From: Marsupella aquatica
Taxonomy: Eukaryota; Plantae; Marchantiophyta
Direction of reading: 5' to 3'
Assembly (NCBI GenBank): GCA_973895155.1
Contig: OZ316896.1
Span: 18,340,754 to 18,404,753 of the forward strand
Length of the DNA: 64,000 bases
Part shown: piece by piece, positions 25,984 to 39,400 of the stretch
Position numbering within the stretch: the first letter of the stretch is position 1
Layout: the number at the start of each line of letters is the position of its first letter
The notes under the pieces: model-generated
The model's input: only the letters and a program-made list of their open reading frames with translations
Databases searched by the model: none
Told to the model about the DNA's origin: nothing
Position numbers and translations under genes: made by a program

Positions 25984-26406
25984 AGATGGAGGAGAACGAT
26001 TCTGCGGACAACCAAAGCTGGTACGAGCAGAAGACGGAATGAAGGAACGTTGTTGCCTCTAGTGGACGGAAGTAACGCAATCTCTGTAAGAGAGTATTTT
26101 TTAGCTGCAAATTTTAGCCCAATTACACCTCCCCAAAAACTTTTTGCCACTTTTGACATTCACTAGATTTTTTGAATGCCATTTGTCACTTTTCCACCTA
26201 ATCATGGACCCCATTTGCCAGAATCCAATGGTCATCCGTATATCTAGGGATATCTGACGGTCAGGAAGTAATCTAGGAAAAACTGACAAAGAATATTCCT
26301 AGCATCTCCTCCCTTAGAGCTGCTGACATTCACCATCATGGATAAAAATGAAAAACTTAAAAGAAATATGCTGCTCTGTAACCTTCCTAGAAACTCAAAT
26401 TCTACC

Positions 26407-27254
26407 CTCTCGTCAACCTTCAGTGTGAATCCGACATTCACTCCGGATGAAGAGGCCGGAGGGGGATGCTGGAGAGGTGGAGGGGGAATGGGGTGGGGAG
26501 AGGAGCCAGGGCGTCGATGGGGTGGGGAGTAGACTGGGGGGACTGACAGAGCATCGGGCATGGGGTCATCACGAAGATGAGAGAGATCCAATGAAGAAGA
26601 GCAAACATGAAGGCGACCACGAGGCGGGGGGGAGGAGGGGGGAGAACTGTGTGGGGGGGCTGGGCGCTTGCCCTGCGCCAACACTCTCAACGTAGACATG
26701 ACAGGTCGCAACCCGATAAAAGCAAAAGCGCATCAAGAAGCTACAAAAGGCCCAACCAAGACATGTGAAAAGAAAGGGAAGGCTATGGAGAGAGCCCACC
26801 GCGTCAAAATCCGAGAAACGGCGCCACTGCTAGCCGAGAAAACCGTTGAGCACGTGCAGGCACAGCCGGGAACAAAGCTGGAGCACTCGTCGATGTGTCC
26901 GTTGAGGAGTCGGTGCGAGTGAATATCTCTCCGCTGATTTGAGCGTGCTGCTACAGCTCCCGAAGATGGTGGAATGCAAACTGGTCCACTAAACTTGGCA
27001 AAAGCCACCTTGTCAAAACTGAAGAAGAAAGGCAACCACCAATCGGAGGAGAAACGTGACAATACAGGAATGCTCCAAAGCTGATCAAGGGAAACCGTCA
27101 CCAAAAATGGAGGAGTAAATCAGAATCGTAATCGGAGCCGAAAGTGGTTGATATGTCACCAAAAGGACCGCGGTAGGGATAGATGTTGCACTCCCGGACA
27201 AGAGCTGGCCAAATCACATGAGAATGCCGGATTCACACTGAAGGTTGACGAGAG
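26407..27254. mobile_element. Non-autonomous element bounded by 33-bp terminal inverted repeats
   Basis: ctctcgtcaaccttcagtgtgaatccgacattc (26407-26439) is the reverse complement, with 1 mismatch, of gaatgccggattcacactgaaggttgacgagag (27222-27254). No clear TSD. Confidence 0.65.
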
Positions 27255-27860
27255 CATGCCGGCAACAACGAAGGAGGCCAAATATGCTGCACGAGCTTCA
27301 TCTGATAGCTTCCTGCCCCTTGCTCTTGAGATATTTGGGCGTCTCCATCATCAGTTCGACGGGCTTCTTCGCCAAGCTGCTCGGGATGTTCACGGCCGGA
27401 TGGGTCCCACCGGGCCCCCGCTATCTGTTTTGACCACGCACTTTCGCCAGCGCATTTCAGTCACCTTACAGCATGCTCAAGCTCGGGCCGTCTATCGTCG
27501 ATCTCTGACAGTGGGTGCTAGTGTGACTCCGCAGCGGCTAGCCCCCCTAGAGGACATTCCTGTCCCACTTGCCGATCTAGTTTCGACACTTGATGTAGAC
27601 CACTAGCTTGTTGCCACATTTGCTAGGTATGATGAGGACCTCGGTCCATTTGCGGTAGTTTTAGTTCCTCTTTCTTGGTTTTTAGGGGTTTCCTTTTGCT
27701 CACTTCTTTTAGTTCCTCTTTCTTGGTTTTTAGGGTTTCCTTTTGCTCACTTCTTTTGCGTTTGGTTTTGTCCACTTGGGACCTTTCTTGTTTATTCTTT
27801 TGTACTCTATTTGGCCTTTTTCTGTAAAAAGTATGTGTATATTCTCTTCAGTGTGATTTA
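27255..27860 (+). mobile_element. 3' fragment of a non-LTR retrotransposon with a restriction-like endonuclease (CRE/NeSL/R2-like) plus T-rich 3' UTR
   Basis: KEAKY...FLPLALEIFGRL...FRQRISVTLQHAQA resembles the RLE C-terminus (KxxKY...FxPxAxExxG). Stop at 27606, then a T-rich tail with a ~49-bp duplication. Confidence 0.7.
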
Positions 27861-30800
27861 ATGTTGGTAACTAGATAGAGTGAGTGGGGGCCATAGCCCT
27901 AGAAAGTCATTTACAACATTCCAACTGTCCGCTGCCTGCAAAAATTTAATAAAATCATCATTCATTTTCGTTGAGTGTCATAAGCTTTGTCAGAACCCCA
28001 TTTTGGGTGGGGTTTCTGTTTAACAGTCTCCGAGCCTGCAAGGGATTTTTGAACCGGGTTTTGAACTCGGCATCCCCGCACTGATGATGTACCACTTTGC
28101 ATATAGCCTGTTGGATAAACATATAGGTGTCATTTCTGGTATTTATGCTATACCATTTACACACAGTTGGGGCAGTATCTGGGGGGCAACGGGCAAGGAC
28201 AGCCATAAATTTAGTGGGTGCAACCAAAATTAATGTTCCTCACACTAAATGAATGAAGTGCCAAAGGGTGTTCTTCCTCATTGGCTGGACATGCTAGAGC
28301 TGGCCAAGATCTTCTTGAGTTACTGTTTGTAGTATATTTTCATCATAATAATATTATCTGGTTCTAACAAAGCATTTGTTTATTTTTTGTAAGTATGGAG
28401 CCCCTAAGAACAAGAGGAGGCGGCTCCAAAATCAGGAGAAAATGTGTTCTCACTTGATTCATTCCACATAGCAAAAGTTTTTTATTGAATGGACCCTCAA
28501 TGTCTTGTTAAGAGAAGGGGTGTCACTTCATCCTAATGTAGGTTGCAGGTCACATCTACAAAAGTCTACCAGAAACATGGAAATGGCCTTGCCTTTGGAG
28601 GTTGTTCTAGAACTGATAAGTTCACACCCCTAAACTGGACCAAATTTGGTGTCCAAATAGTGTGGCCTTAGGAGTTTGTTGCCATTGTCTGTCTTGAACT
28701 CTTCAATGTGAAGTTGGTCTTATGAGTTGCTTAAACTTGCCAATGTCCACTATGGGAAAGGCAACAAAACTGCATCCAACAGAGAGTTACAATCTAAGTT
28801 AGCTAATGACCCAAGGTGGAAGCCCACTCTTTCATGGAATTATTTAGGGATAACCGCAGTCCGGCAACAATTTGGAATCTAAATTTGGACATTTATGTAG
28901 GTTTGGGTTTTTTGAGTGTCCAAAACACTTTTGTATTCAATCGTTGTTTTCTTAAAAAAACAAATCTGTCAAAAAAGCTTTTTCCTCCAGGAATACCAAA
29001 TCTGAATTCGACCATTTTTTGCCTTAGAAAACATTTTTGTCGTTAGAAAAAATTGTTGAACAAAGACGACATTCACAATAGTAAGCCCATGATCATCCAA
29101 CACACAAGTTGATCTCTGTAACAATGAACCTGAGTTCCTCCATCAAAACAAACACCACTTGGGATATAGTGTGCAATTTAGTTAATCTAAGTGACCTAGT
29201 CAGTCTGCAACTAAGGTCAGCCCTAACTATGGTTACAGTCATAACCCTAGACCCTCGCCTAGACCTAAGAGTAAATGTGTAAGCTTGGTCAGTCAGCGTG
29301 TTCATGCCTCTCTGACCAGTAGACTAGTTTAATAAAAGTTCACATGGTCTTCGACGTAAAGTGAATTTAAGACTTACCTTCTAAAAAGAGGAGTTGCGTA
29401 CCCAGGGAATTTAGAGCCCGTGTCAGCAAAATACTGGTTTCCATGTCCATAGAAATCAGAATTCCATAGTAGCTTTAAGTTTGTCTCAAAGTTTTGAAAT
29501 AATAAAAATTCATTTTCAGTTGATGATTTGCAAAGCTCCAATTTCAGGAGGCTCTGACTTGTGTGGAGAGCTTCCAATTCATGAAAACTTCAGTTTGCAA
29601 GGCTTTTTCAACTCTGTCACAAAGCTGTTTTATTGTACATTTGTCGGCAGATATGTAAATTAACGTAAATTAACATAGCGTCTGCTTTTTACAGCCAAAC
29701 AAATGTGTGCCACTAAATGAAGACTATCCTAATAAAATGGAGAATGTTCTAGAAGGACGGCCAACTTTAAAGATATCTGAAGACCAGACCACAAAATTCA
29801 GAAAAGTTACACTCAAGTCAATTCGAACCTGAGGTCTCTCCTCCAAAAGCACAATAATTTTTGGAGGGTCTACCCAAAAAGTCGTTCAGAATCTCAAAAA
29901 GATATTGATTTGTCAAAAAAGGAGAAGAAAAAAAAAGGGAAAAAAAAAATTCGTTCAGATTAATCTCAAAAAGGGTGTTCTCCTTGGTCCAAACTGAGAG
30001 ATGACTAGAAATATCTTGAATGGACTGAAATTGAAAAAGTTAACACAATCAAAGGTCTCACTGAAAATCACAAAGCGGAACATTTTCTTACAATTGAGAT
30101 TTCACCCTGGATTTCACGAAATCTTAGATATAGACTTCTTTAATTATCTTTTTCATCCTGGACCAATGAAAAGTGTCCTAAAGTGGGTCTTCCAATGCAT
30201 CAAATGCAGCTATTCATTCAAGGCCAAAAGAATGAAGTAATAGAGAAAGAACTTCCTTTGGATTTATTTCTAACCAGGCAGGGCAAAATACTGTGGAAAT
30301 TGTCATATTGAAACAAGCTTTGGCACAAGAAAATAGATTACTTAAGGCCTCACTCAAGAGTAGCGTACGTAGATGGATTCTTATAGAAATTAGGTTAACT
30401 TGACCTCAGTTAGATCTTTGTCCTGGTATGATTTCCCTACTTGATTGTGGATGAAAGATTAAAGAAACCAATTAACAATTTCCTATCATGCCTTGGAGGA
30501 ATGTTATGGGAAAATGTAGTTCTTTTTAATTAGTTGAATTTGAAACAAAGGTTGACATACTTGACAAAAGAATTATCTAAAGGTGTTTGTGAAACCTGGA
30601 AATATTTTTGTGATGCAAATTAAAATATTGTGTTTTGAACATTTTGGTGTAAAACAGTCACCTTGCAATGTATGCATTATTTTCAAAATTAAAAAGTAAG
30701 GTCCAGACAACAAGACAACATGTATTAACTTCTCACAAGCATCGACTATGAAGCATACATAAGTAAGGGAATATGTATTTAGCTTCTCACAAGCATTGAA

Positions 30801-31045
30801 GCATACATAAGTAAGGGTAAGACAAAGTGACGGATCATACATTATAAATTCTTCAAGTCTATTAAATTGAATGTTTACTCAATTTACAGATTATAAGGCA
30901 TTTTAAACTTCGAAAATTCTGCAACATATATTTATAGTTATTCTTTTCATGTTTTAATTTGTACACTAAGAATGGGGTGTTTACTTGTGGTGGTTTACTT
31001 TTCAGGGGCCATGAGCATACACAACGACCAGAAGGACATGATGAG

Positions 31046-31840
31046 AGAATTTAAGCACAGCAGCATTAAGGACCAACAAACACGAAACACACCAGACGGC
31101 AATGAGAGAAAAGCACAACTAGAGCACTTGGTCCTTAATGCCGCTGTGCTTTTTGCAGGTGTAACCAAGTGCTTTTTGCAGCGCATAACTTACCCTCGTA
31201 ATTTAGTTTGTAAATTTTGCATACCGCATGTTAAACTAAAGTAAGCCACCAACCCAGACCGCGTAATTCTTCCGTTCTACAGTAGATTGACAGTTCGGCT
31301 CAACAGAATTTAAGCACAACAGCATTAAGGACCAACAAACACGAAACACACCAGACGGCAATGAGAGAAAAGCACAACTAGAGCATAAGTCAACACGGAA
31401 CTACCTTTACAACACGGGACTCCATTGAAAATAAGCTGGTCAGGCCCTCATTTTGGACCCCCTTGAATTGGAGCTTTCGTTCCAGAAGTCACCAGGCAGC
31501 TTCAGCTCACACAAGCTTGTTTTACCTGCTTATCTTAGTTTACATAGCTTGTGATCATCTATCTAACTTCAGCTCACACAAGCTTATCTGTCAGCATGGA
31601 AATTTTACAAGCTCACAAGCATTTGGTGTCTGCCCTTCCAATAGCGTTGGCTAGACTTCGTTGTTACTGTGAGGTCGACGGTTCGCTTTTAATGTTTCCA
31701 GGTGCTTTTTGTAGCGCATAACTTACCCTCATGTAATTTAGTTTGTAAACTTTGCATACCGCATGTTAAACTAAAGTAAGCCAACAACCCAGACCACGAA
31801 ATTGTTCCGTTCTACAGTAGATTGACAGTTGGGCTCAACC
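31046..31840. repeat. Interleaved local duplications upstream of the dioxygenase gene
   Basis: An ~80-bp block at 31046 recurs at 31305. A ~130-bp block at ~31170 recurs at ~31700. Confidence 0.85.
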
Positions 31841-32178
31841 CAGCCAAAGACCCAGACCACTTCGTCCGTCTGGTGTACACAATGTTTGACTAAACTGCGA
31901 CAACAAAAAAGTCACGATCTGAAAGTGCCTAAATCAAAGTCAAACAGCAGAATATAGATGTGAGACAGCGAACGATCTAAATAGACTGCTAGACTGAGCT
32001 AAAGTCCACCAAATTCAAGCTGAAACCCGGATCACTGAATCGGATTTAGATTCTCTGAGACTCTGAGAGTGCAAATTGTCTCAATAGATAGCTAGACTCA
32101 ACTAAAGTCAACTACAGCCACACTCAGACCCAGATCACTCAATCGGCTTTAGATTGAGAGCTGAACTCTTCAATCACC

Positions 32179-32186
32179 TATATAAG
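32179..32186 (+). promoter_or_regulatory. TATA box of the 2OG dioxygenase gene
   Basis: cTATATAAG ~130 bp upstream of the ATG at 32310. Confidence 0.6.
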
Positions 32187-32309
32187 AAAGAGAGGTCCGA
32201 GCTAAAATACATTCTGAATGTCCTTCACCACTATTGAGTTTCTCAAACTCTATTCGCACAAGTGCGTAGTATCGTGAGCCTGCCAGAGAAGATTTCCAGC
32301 GAAGTAACT

Positions 32310-34619
32310 ATGGCGGATGTGATGAAACCGTCTGAGCTCAAGAGGCCAGACAGTACGAGACCTCATGCGGAACCTTTCAGGACCCCGGGCAAGTCATCGT
32401 TCATCTGGCCTGAAGATAACAGACCGGACATCGCGCATGACCACTACGATTTTGAGCTTCCCGTTATTGACTTGTCACCAGTGCTCAAGTTGGAGAGCTT
32501 GCGGAGAGAGATCGAGCAGTTGGACGGAGACGCCACTTCTCGGAGCGGTTTGGAGGCAGAGATCAAGGCCTGTGAGGCAGCGAAATCTGATGTTTTGAAG
32601 GAGATTCGAGAAGCTTTCGAGGAGCACGGATTCTTCCAGATAATCAATTCCGGCTTTTCCCTGGAAGTTGTTGAGCAACTCAAGGAATCTATTGGAGAAA
32701 TATTTGACCTTCCACTTGAGGTAAGAACCACACTCTGCTTGTGAGCTGTAATCTTACCGAAGTAATTCTACTGTCGACGCTGATATGTTATTGAAGTTTG
32801 ACATGAAAGTAATGAAGTTCCGAAATACTCTTACGTACTGAGTGACTATCCAATTGTAACTATTCCTTCAGGGGACGTCAGGGCCCGTCTGGTTTTGTGG
32901 TAGATTTCCTGAATGATAATCCAGCTGCATATGCACATGCTTACAACCTCGCATCATTTGTGCTCCAACAATGAGACAAACCCGGACCTGCACATTATCT
33001 ACAGTAGATCTCGTGATCAGAGTTCAACAGTTCGGACAAGATCATAGTATTCTGATCCGTTTTTGTTGAATTGCAGGAGAAGATGAAAGTGCTAAACGAG
33101 ATAACCCCTGGCGCGCCCACATTCCCTGGCTACCTGCCCATGAAGCGTGACCCCCCGTACAGCCGGAAGATCTTTTCTTACTTATGGAGCGAAGGATTTG
33201 ACATAGAGTCACCGGAGACGAATTATCCTGGCAGACTGGACGAGATCGTAAACATTCTCTGGCCGGGTGGCCCTGAAACTAACTTGAAGGGTCACTTACT
33301 AAGGTGAGCTTGTTTCTCCTAGAAGGTACTTCAGGTTGTCAAAATGCCGTCCTTCGAGGGTCATTTACTAAGGTGAGCTTGTTTCTCCTAGAAGGTACTT
33401 CAGGTTGTCAAAATGCCGTCCTTCGAGTACTTTGCGAAAGTGTCAACGAGAGGATTTGCCGATTCAAGGTTTGCACAAAGTTGCATGTTCTAGAGTTAGC
33501 ACTGTACTTCTACGGACAGACTGATCATAAAAAACTGAGAGATTCATTAAATCAACATGCTCATCTAACTAGCAACCGTCGTTCACATTGTCTGCTTGGA
33601 TCAGATCTAGCGCCGAGGAATACGGAAAGCAATCAAGCAAGGTGGTCTTTCTACTAATGGACTTGATAGTCTCTAGCATTGGAATCCCGGAGCCGGAAGA
33701 AATTGTGAACGAGTGGCTGGGTGATCGGAATAACCGACAGGTCATTGGCAAGTTTCGGGTGAACAACTTCCCCATCTGCGACTTTCCCGAAATGACTTGG
33801 GGACTTCCATGCCACACGGACCCCGATGTTTTCACCATTGTGTACCAGGATGCAGTGGGGGGCCTGCAGCTTCGTTTCAGAGATGGGACCTGGCATGGGG
33901 TCCGCCCTCGGGCTGGTGCTTTTATCGTCAACTGTGGCGACTTTCTACAGGTGCTTGCTGCATTTCTGAATCCTTGAAACGTAAATTTGGATGAATTCAC
34001 GTTAATTATGTCTGAGCTTTTGAATGGAACCAGTACTGCTGGACATGCTGATCGAGTCAATTATCTATTCTAGCAAGAAAGCCATGTTGCCTGATTTCGA
34101 TGTGGTCCGTAACATCTCACCTTCCTCACTGGCATCTTATGGAGCCCAATTAATATCTTACATGCTCCACACAATTTCCTGTGCTAGGGAAAGTGTTAGT
34201 GGACAAGGTTTGCATTTGAAGCATGTACTTTAGTTTGAAGTGGAGGGAAGGGAAGGTCTTGTCCTTGAATTTGAATCAAATTTTGGCACCTCCGTCTCTT
34301 GAGCTTTGCTGGGCACGAGCTTGACGAAGTGTCCGTCCTTTGCTTGTCCTTTGCTTGTGCAGGCTTGACAAATGGGAGATTTCTAAGCGCAGAGCACCGG
34401 GTGGTAGCCAATGAAAAGAGCAGGCGCATGTCAATTGCAGCCTTTGTGCCAGGCGAGATGAACTACGTTGTCCGTCCAAGACCAGAGTGTGTGGATGCCG
34501 AGCATCCTCTTCGATACAAGCCATTTACATCGGTAGATTACAAGAAAGCATTTTTGTCTCTTGGTGTAAATAAGGAAAGAGGGGAGCTCCTGGAAAGAGC
34601 TTTTGGCATACCAGCTTGA
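32310..34619 (+). CDS. 2-oxoglutarate/Fe(II)-dependent dioxygenase (DOXC class). Exons 32310-32720, 33077-33303, 33605-33950, 34363-34619; the last junction appears out of phase by 1 nt
   Basis: FIWPED.RP, LPVIDLS, EEHGFFQIIN (DIOX_N); HTD, QDAVGGLQ, IVNCGDFLQ, TNGRFLSAEHRVV, RMS (HxD...H, RxS). GT-AG junctions 1 and 2 are phase-compatible. Confidence 0.88.
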
Positions 34620-35454
34620 TGTTAAAATGTCGAACATATTTGAGACTAGACTGGACATCAGAAAACAGGCTGGCAAAATTTGACATTAAACAAAGATCCA
34701 AAAGGGATCGCAATAAATGCACAAGTTAGCCTTCAGTTGTACACATTGGTGCATGACATTAGTTTCCCGTCCAGTTTCTCTTTCAAAAAGAAGAAAAAAT
34801 ACTGCCCCGATGCTATCTATTGATGACCTAGTATTCCAAGTTCCTTACAAGATAGTGAAGGTGAGATCTAGAGTACTCTTTGCATTACTGCCCTCGGTGT
34901 CCAGATTTGGATCAGAGAATTATAAAAGTTCTCCCCAACTTAGACCTAGGAAAACAAAACAATGTATTAGTCTTTTAAGTGTATTATTTAGTGCCTCGTT
35001 TAAGAGGGCAATAATATGGAAAATAACAACACCTCAAGACTCAAGCTAAAGCATTGTTTTATTATGGCACACAACGCTTTGTTACCAGGGAGTGCCTACC
35101 TTAGAAAATTTGAACCTTATCGCCCTTCATGATTGTTCCTGTTTAATGTATGAAGAAACTTTAGAGTGCACCTTTTAGTTATCTGGTTAGGGCTAATAAA
35201 TAAACAAGAACCCTTAAAGGATGGGTCCAAGGCCTTAATTGTCTTTTCCAAAATTTCATGATTTTCCAAAATGCCATAAAACAAACAACACAAAAAATGA
35301 TCATCTATTTTAATTTTCCACACCTTGAGTTTCACACCACAATTAACACAATGCTTCAATATAAGTCTCAACATCAGAGTTTGGGCTCAAAGATTACCAA
35401 CAAATTAAATTTTATCATAAGATATCCTCTTTTACACTAGAAGAAAACAGGGCC

Positions 35455-36350
35455 CTTTATGACCAATCACCCAATGACAGAGATGAATAAATGACCAAAA
35501 GTTTTAATGACACAAAAAGAATGACGGGGGAATGACTGTCCACAATGACCAATAGACTGAAATGACAAAATGTTAATTTTTTCGTCATTTTGTATAATGT
35601 CTATAATGACTGATGCGACCAAAATGACCCAATTTCCCTAAATGGTCAATTTAGACACATGTATTAAATGACACAATTAATAACAACAATGATAAATCAG
35701 TGTTTAGCAACATTATAGTCACTCTGGACAATGACTGAAATGACCAAAAATCTATTTGCATCATTTTGGACAACGGTGATAAATGACAAAAAATGTATTA
35801 TCGTCATTTTAACCAACGGTGTTAAATGACAAAATTTAGGGTCAATCTGAAAATGAGAATATATCAGTGTTTACAACAACATATTGTCATTATGGACTTC
35901 TGCCATAAATGACTAACTCTAGGGTCAATCTTGAAATTAGGACATATTAGTGTTTACAAGAACATACCGTCATTATGGACTTCTCTCATAAATGACAAAA
36001 TTTAGGGTCAATCTGAAAATGAGAATATATCAGTGTTTACACAACATATTGTCATTATGGACTTCTGCCATAAATGACTAACTCTAGGGTCAATCTTGAA
36101 ATTAGGACATATCAGTGTTTACAAGAACATACCGTCATTATGGACTTCTCTCATAAATGACTAACTCCACAGTCAATCTTGAAATTAGGATATATCGGTG
36201 TTTTCAACAACATACTGTCATTATGGACTTGTCGCATAAATGACTAAATATAGGGCAATCTAAAAATCAGGATATATCAATGTTTACAATAACATACAGT
36301 CATTATGGACTTATTACATAAATGACTACTTATAGAGTCATTAAAGAACC
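35455..36350. repeat. Left subterminal repeats of the CACTA element (AATGAC motifs; ~80-bp tandem units)
   Basis: Dense AATGAC/GTCATT motifs and repeated gtcattatggacttct..cataaatgac units. Confidence 0.9.
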
Positions 36351-36409
36351 CAAGAGATATGAAGATTAAAATACTCAATAGTCATTCCAGACACCTATCA
36401 TAATTGTAG

Positions 36410-39400
36410 AGTCATACACCTTTGGAGTGATTTTCCAGAAGTGTCATCATATATGGATGCGCGCATACTATCGTATCCATGGGGCAAATGAAACCTTTTT
36501 GTCTCTCCAAGAAGTAGGGCAATACCAATGGAAGGTTGTCATGCTTTGTTGTAATTGTGTCATGTTTGTGCCGGTGTTTGGACGGGGAATATTTTAATTT
36601 GCAAATAAATGCATGCATACCATCACATCCAAAGGCAAATAAAAGTTGTTTTTTGGTTCTCCAAGAGGTAGTGCTGCCCCAATGGAATGGGCAGGGGAGT
36701 AATGCTTCTCAGTATGGTGTGGGTGCAGGTTTAGGGAAGAGGAATATTCCAACCTTGCAAGGAATCTAAAGCTAGCTCTCTTTGGAGGTACTAGGGCCTT
36801 TATTGGGTCATATGTGAGCAATGGCCCGTCATAAATGCCAATGACTAAAAGTAGGGTCATTAAAATTGTCATATGGAGAGTCATATCAGTCTAATGACTG
36901 GATTTGTGGTCATTTGAGGGGTCCCTTATGTAGTCATTAAGGAAAAGCACAAATGACCATTTTGGGGCTAGGGGCTTGAGGTGGGCCCTAGAGTGCCATG
37001 GGCCCCACATAGAGGTGAGAACCCCTCCACTAGGTGCGGGACACTATACTCATCATTGTCCAACCACTAGTTGCGACATAAACACTTTGGGCACATGTTT
37101 TTGTGTTTCCTTAAGGCATGATGCACCTTTGGGGAAATCACTCCCAAGTCGTACGACTTTGGAGTGATTTGCCAAAAGTGCAACCATGGATGTATACCAT
37201 CACATCCAAAGGCAAATAAAACCTGTTTTTTGGTTCTCCAAGAGGTAGTGCTGCACGAATGGAATGGGCAGGGGAGTCGTGCTTCTTAGCATGGTGTGGC
37301 TGCGGGATTAGGGTTTGGGAATATTCCAACCTTGCAAGGAATCTAAAGTTGGCTCTCTTTGGAGGTACTAGGGCCTTTATTGGGTCATATGTGAGCAATG
37401 GCCCGTCATAAATGCCAATTACTACAAGAAAGGTCATTAAAATGGTCACATTGGATGTCATATAAGTGGAATGACCTGAATTATTGTCATTTGAGGGGTC
37501 CCTCATGCAGTCATTAAGGAAAAGCACAAATGACCATTTTGGGGCTAGGGGTTGGAGGTGCGCCCTAGAGTGCCATGGGGCCCCACATAGAGGTGAGAAC
37601 CCCTCCACGAGGTGCGGGACACTATACTCATCATTGTCCAACCACTAGTTGCGACATAAACACTTTGGACACATGTTTTTGTGTTTCCTTAAGGCATGAT
37701 GCACCTTTGGGGAAATCACTCCCAAGTCGTACGACTTTGGAGTGATTTTCCAAAAGTGTTGCCATGCATGCACACCATCACATACAAAGGCAAATAAAAG
37801 TTGTTTTTGGGTTCTCCAAGAGGTGGTGTTGCACCAATGGAATGGGCAGGGGAGTCGTGCTTCCCTGTATGGTGTGGGTGTGGGTTTAGGGAAGAGGAAT
37901 ATTCCAACCTTGCAAGGAATCTAAAGCGGGCTCTCTTTGGAGGTACTAGGGCCTTTATTGGGTCATATGTGAGCAATGGACCGTCATAAATATCAATGAC
38001 TAAAAGCAAGGTCATTAAAACTGTCATATGGAGAGTCATATCAGTCTAATGACTGGATTTGTGGTCATTTGAGGGGTCCCTTATGCAGTCATTAAGGAAA
38101 AGTACAAATGACCAGTTTGGGGCTAGGGGCTGGAGGTGGGCCCTAGAGTGCCATGTGGCCCCACATAGAGGTGAGAACCCCTCCACTACGTGCGGGACAC
38201 TATACTCATCATTGTCCAACCACTAGTTGCGACATAAACACCTTGGACACATGTTTTTGCGTTTACTTAAGGCATGATGCACCTTTGGGGAAATCACTCC
38301 CAAGTCGTATGACTTTGGAGTGATTTGCCAAAAGTGTCACCATGGATGCATACCACTGTTCCAAACGCAAATGAAGCCCTTTTTTGTCTCTCCAAGAGGT
38401 AGCGCAACACCAATGGAATGGGTGTGGCAGTGGTGCTTCCCTCTATGATGTGTCTGATGTTTAAAGGTATTCGATTATTCCATTTTTGCAAGGAATGTAG
38501 AGCGGGCTCTCTCTGGCGGTACTAGGACCTTCTTTGGGTCATTTTTTAACAAAGTCATGTCATAAGTGCCAATGACCACAAGTAGGGTCATTGAATTGGT
38601 CATATGGGATGTCATATAATTCAAATGACTGGACTTGTTGTCATTTGAGGGGTCTCTAGTGCAGTCATTGAAGACAAGCATGAATGACCAATTTGGAGGT
38701 AAGGGCTGGAGGTGGGCCCTAGAGTGCCATGTGGCACCACATAGAGCTCGCAACCCCTTCACTAGGTGTCAAATACTATAATTACTATTCTCCAACCACT
38801 AGTTGCACCATTAGCAGTTGGAGCCATGTTTTTGTGTTTACTTAAGGGATGATATAATCTTGGGGAAATCACTCCCAAGTCGTACGACTTTGGAGTGATT
38901 TGCCAAAAGTGTCACCATTGATGCATACCATCCTATCTAAAGGAAATGAAGCCATTTTTTTTGTCTCTGCAAGAAGTAGTGCAAGGCTGTTGTCCTTCCA
39001 TGTAATTGTGTCATGTTTGTGCCAGTGTTTGGATGGGGAATATTCTATTAAATGAATAGTGATGGGGCACTCAAGAAGGTAGTGTAATCTTCATTGAGTC
39101 ATTTCTGAAAAAATTGGTGTCATAAATACCAATGACTACAAGTAGGGTCATTAAATCTGTCATATGGGCTGTCACATAAGTCAAATGACTGGATTTGTGG
39201 TCATTTGAGGGGTCCCTTGTGCAATCATTAAGCAGAAGCACAAATGACCAACTTGGGGCTGGGGGCTGGAGGTGGGCCCTAGAGTGCCATGGGGCCCCAC
39301 ATAGAGGTGAGAACCCCCTCCACTAGGTGCGGGACACTATACTCATCATCGTCCAACCACTAGTTGTGCCATGAACACTTTGGACACATGTTTTTGCATT

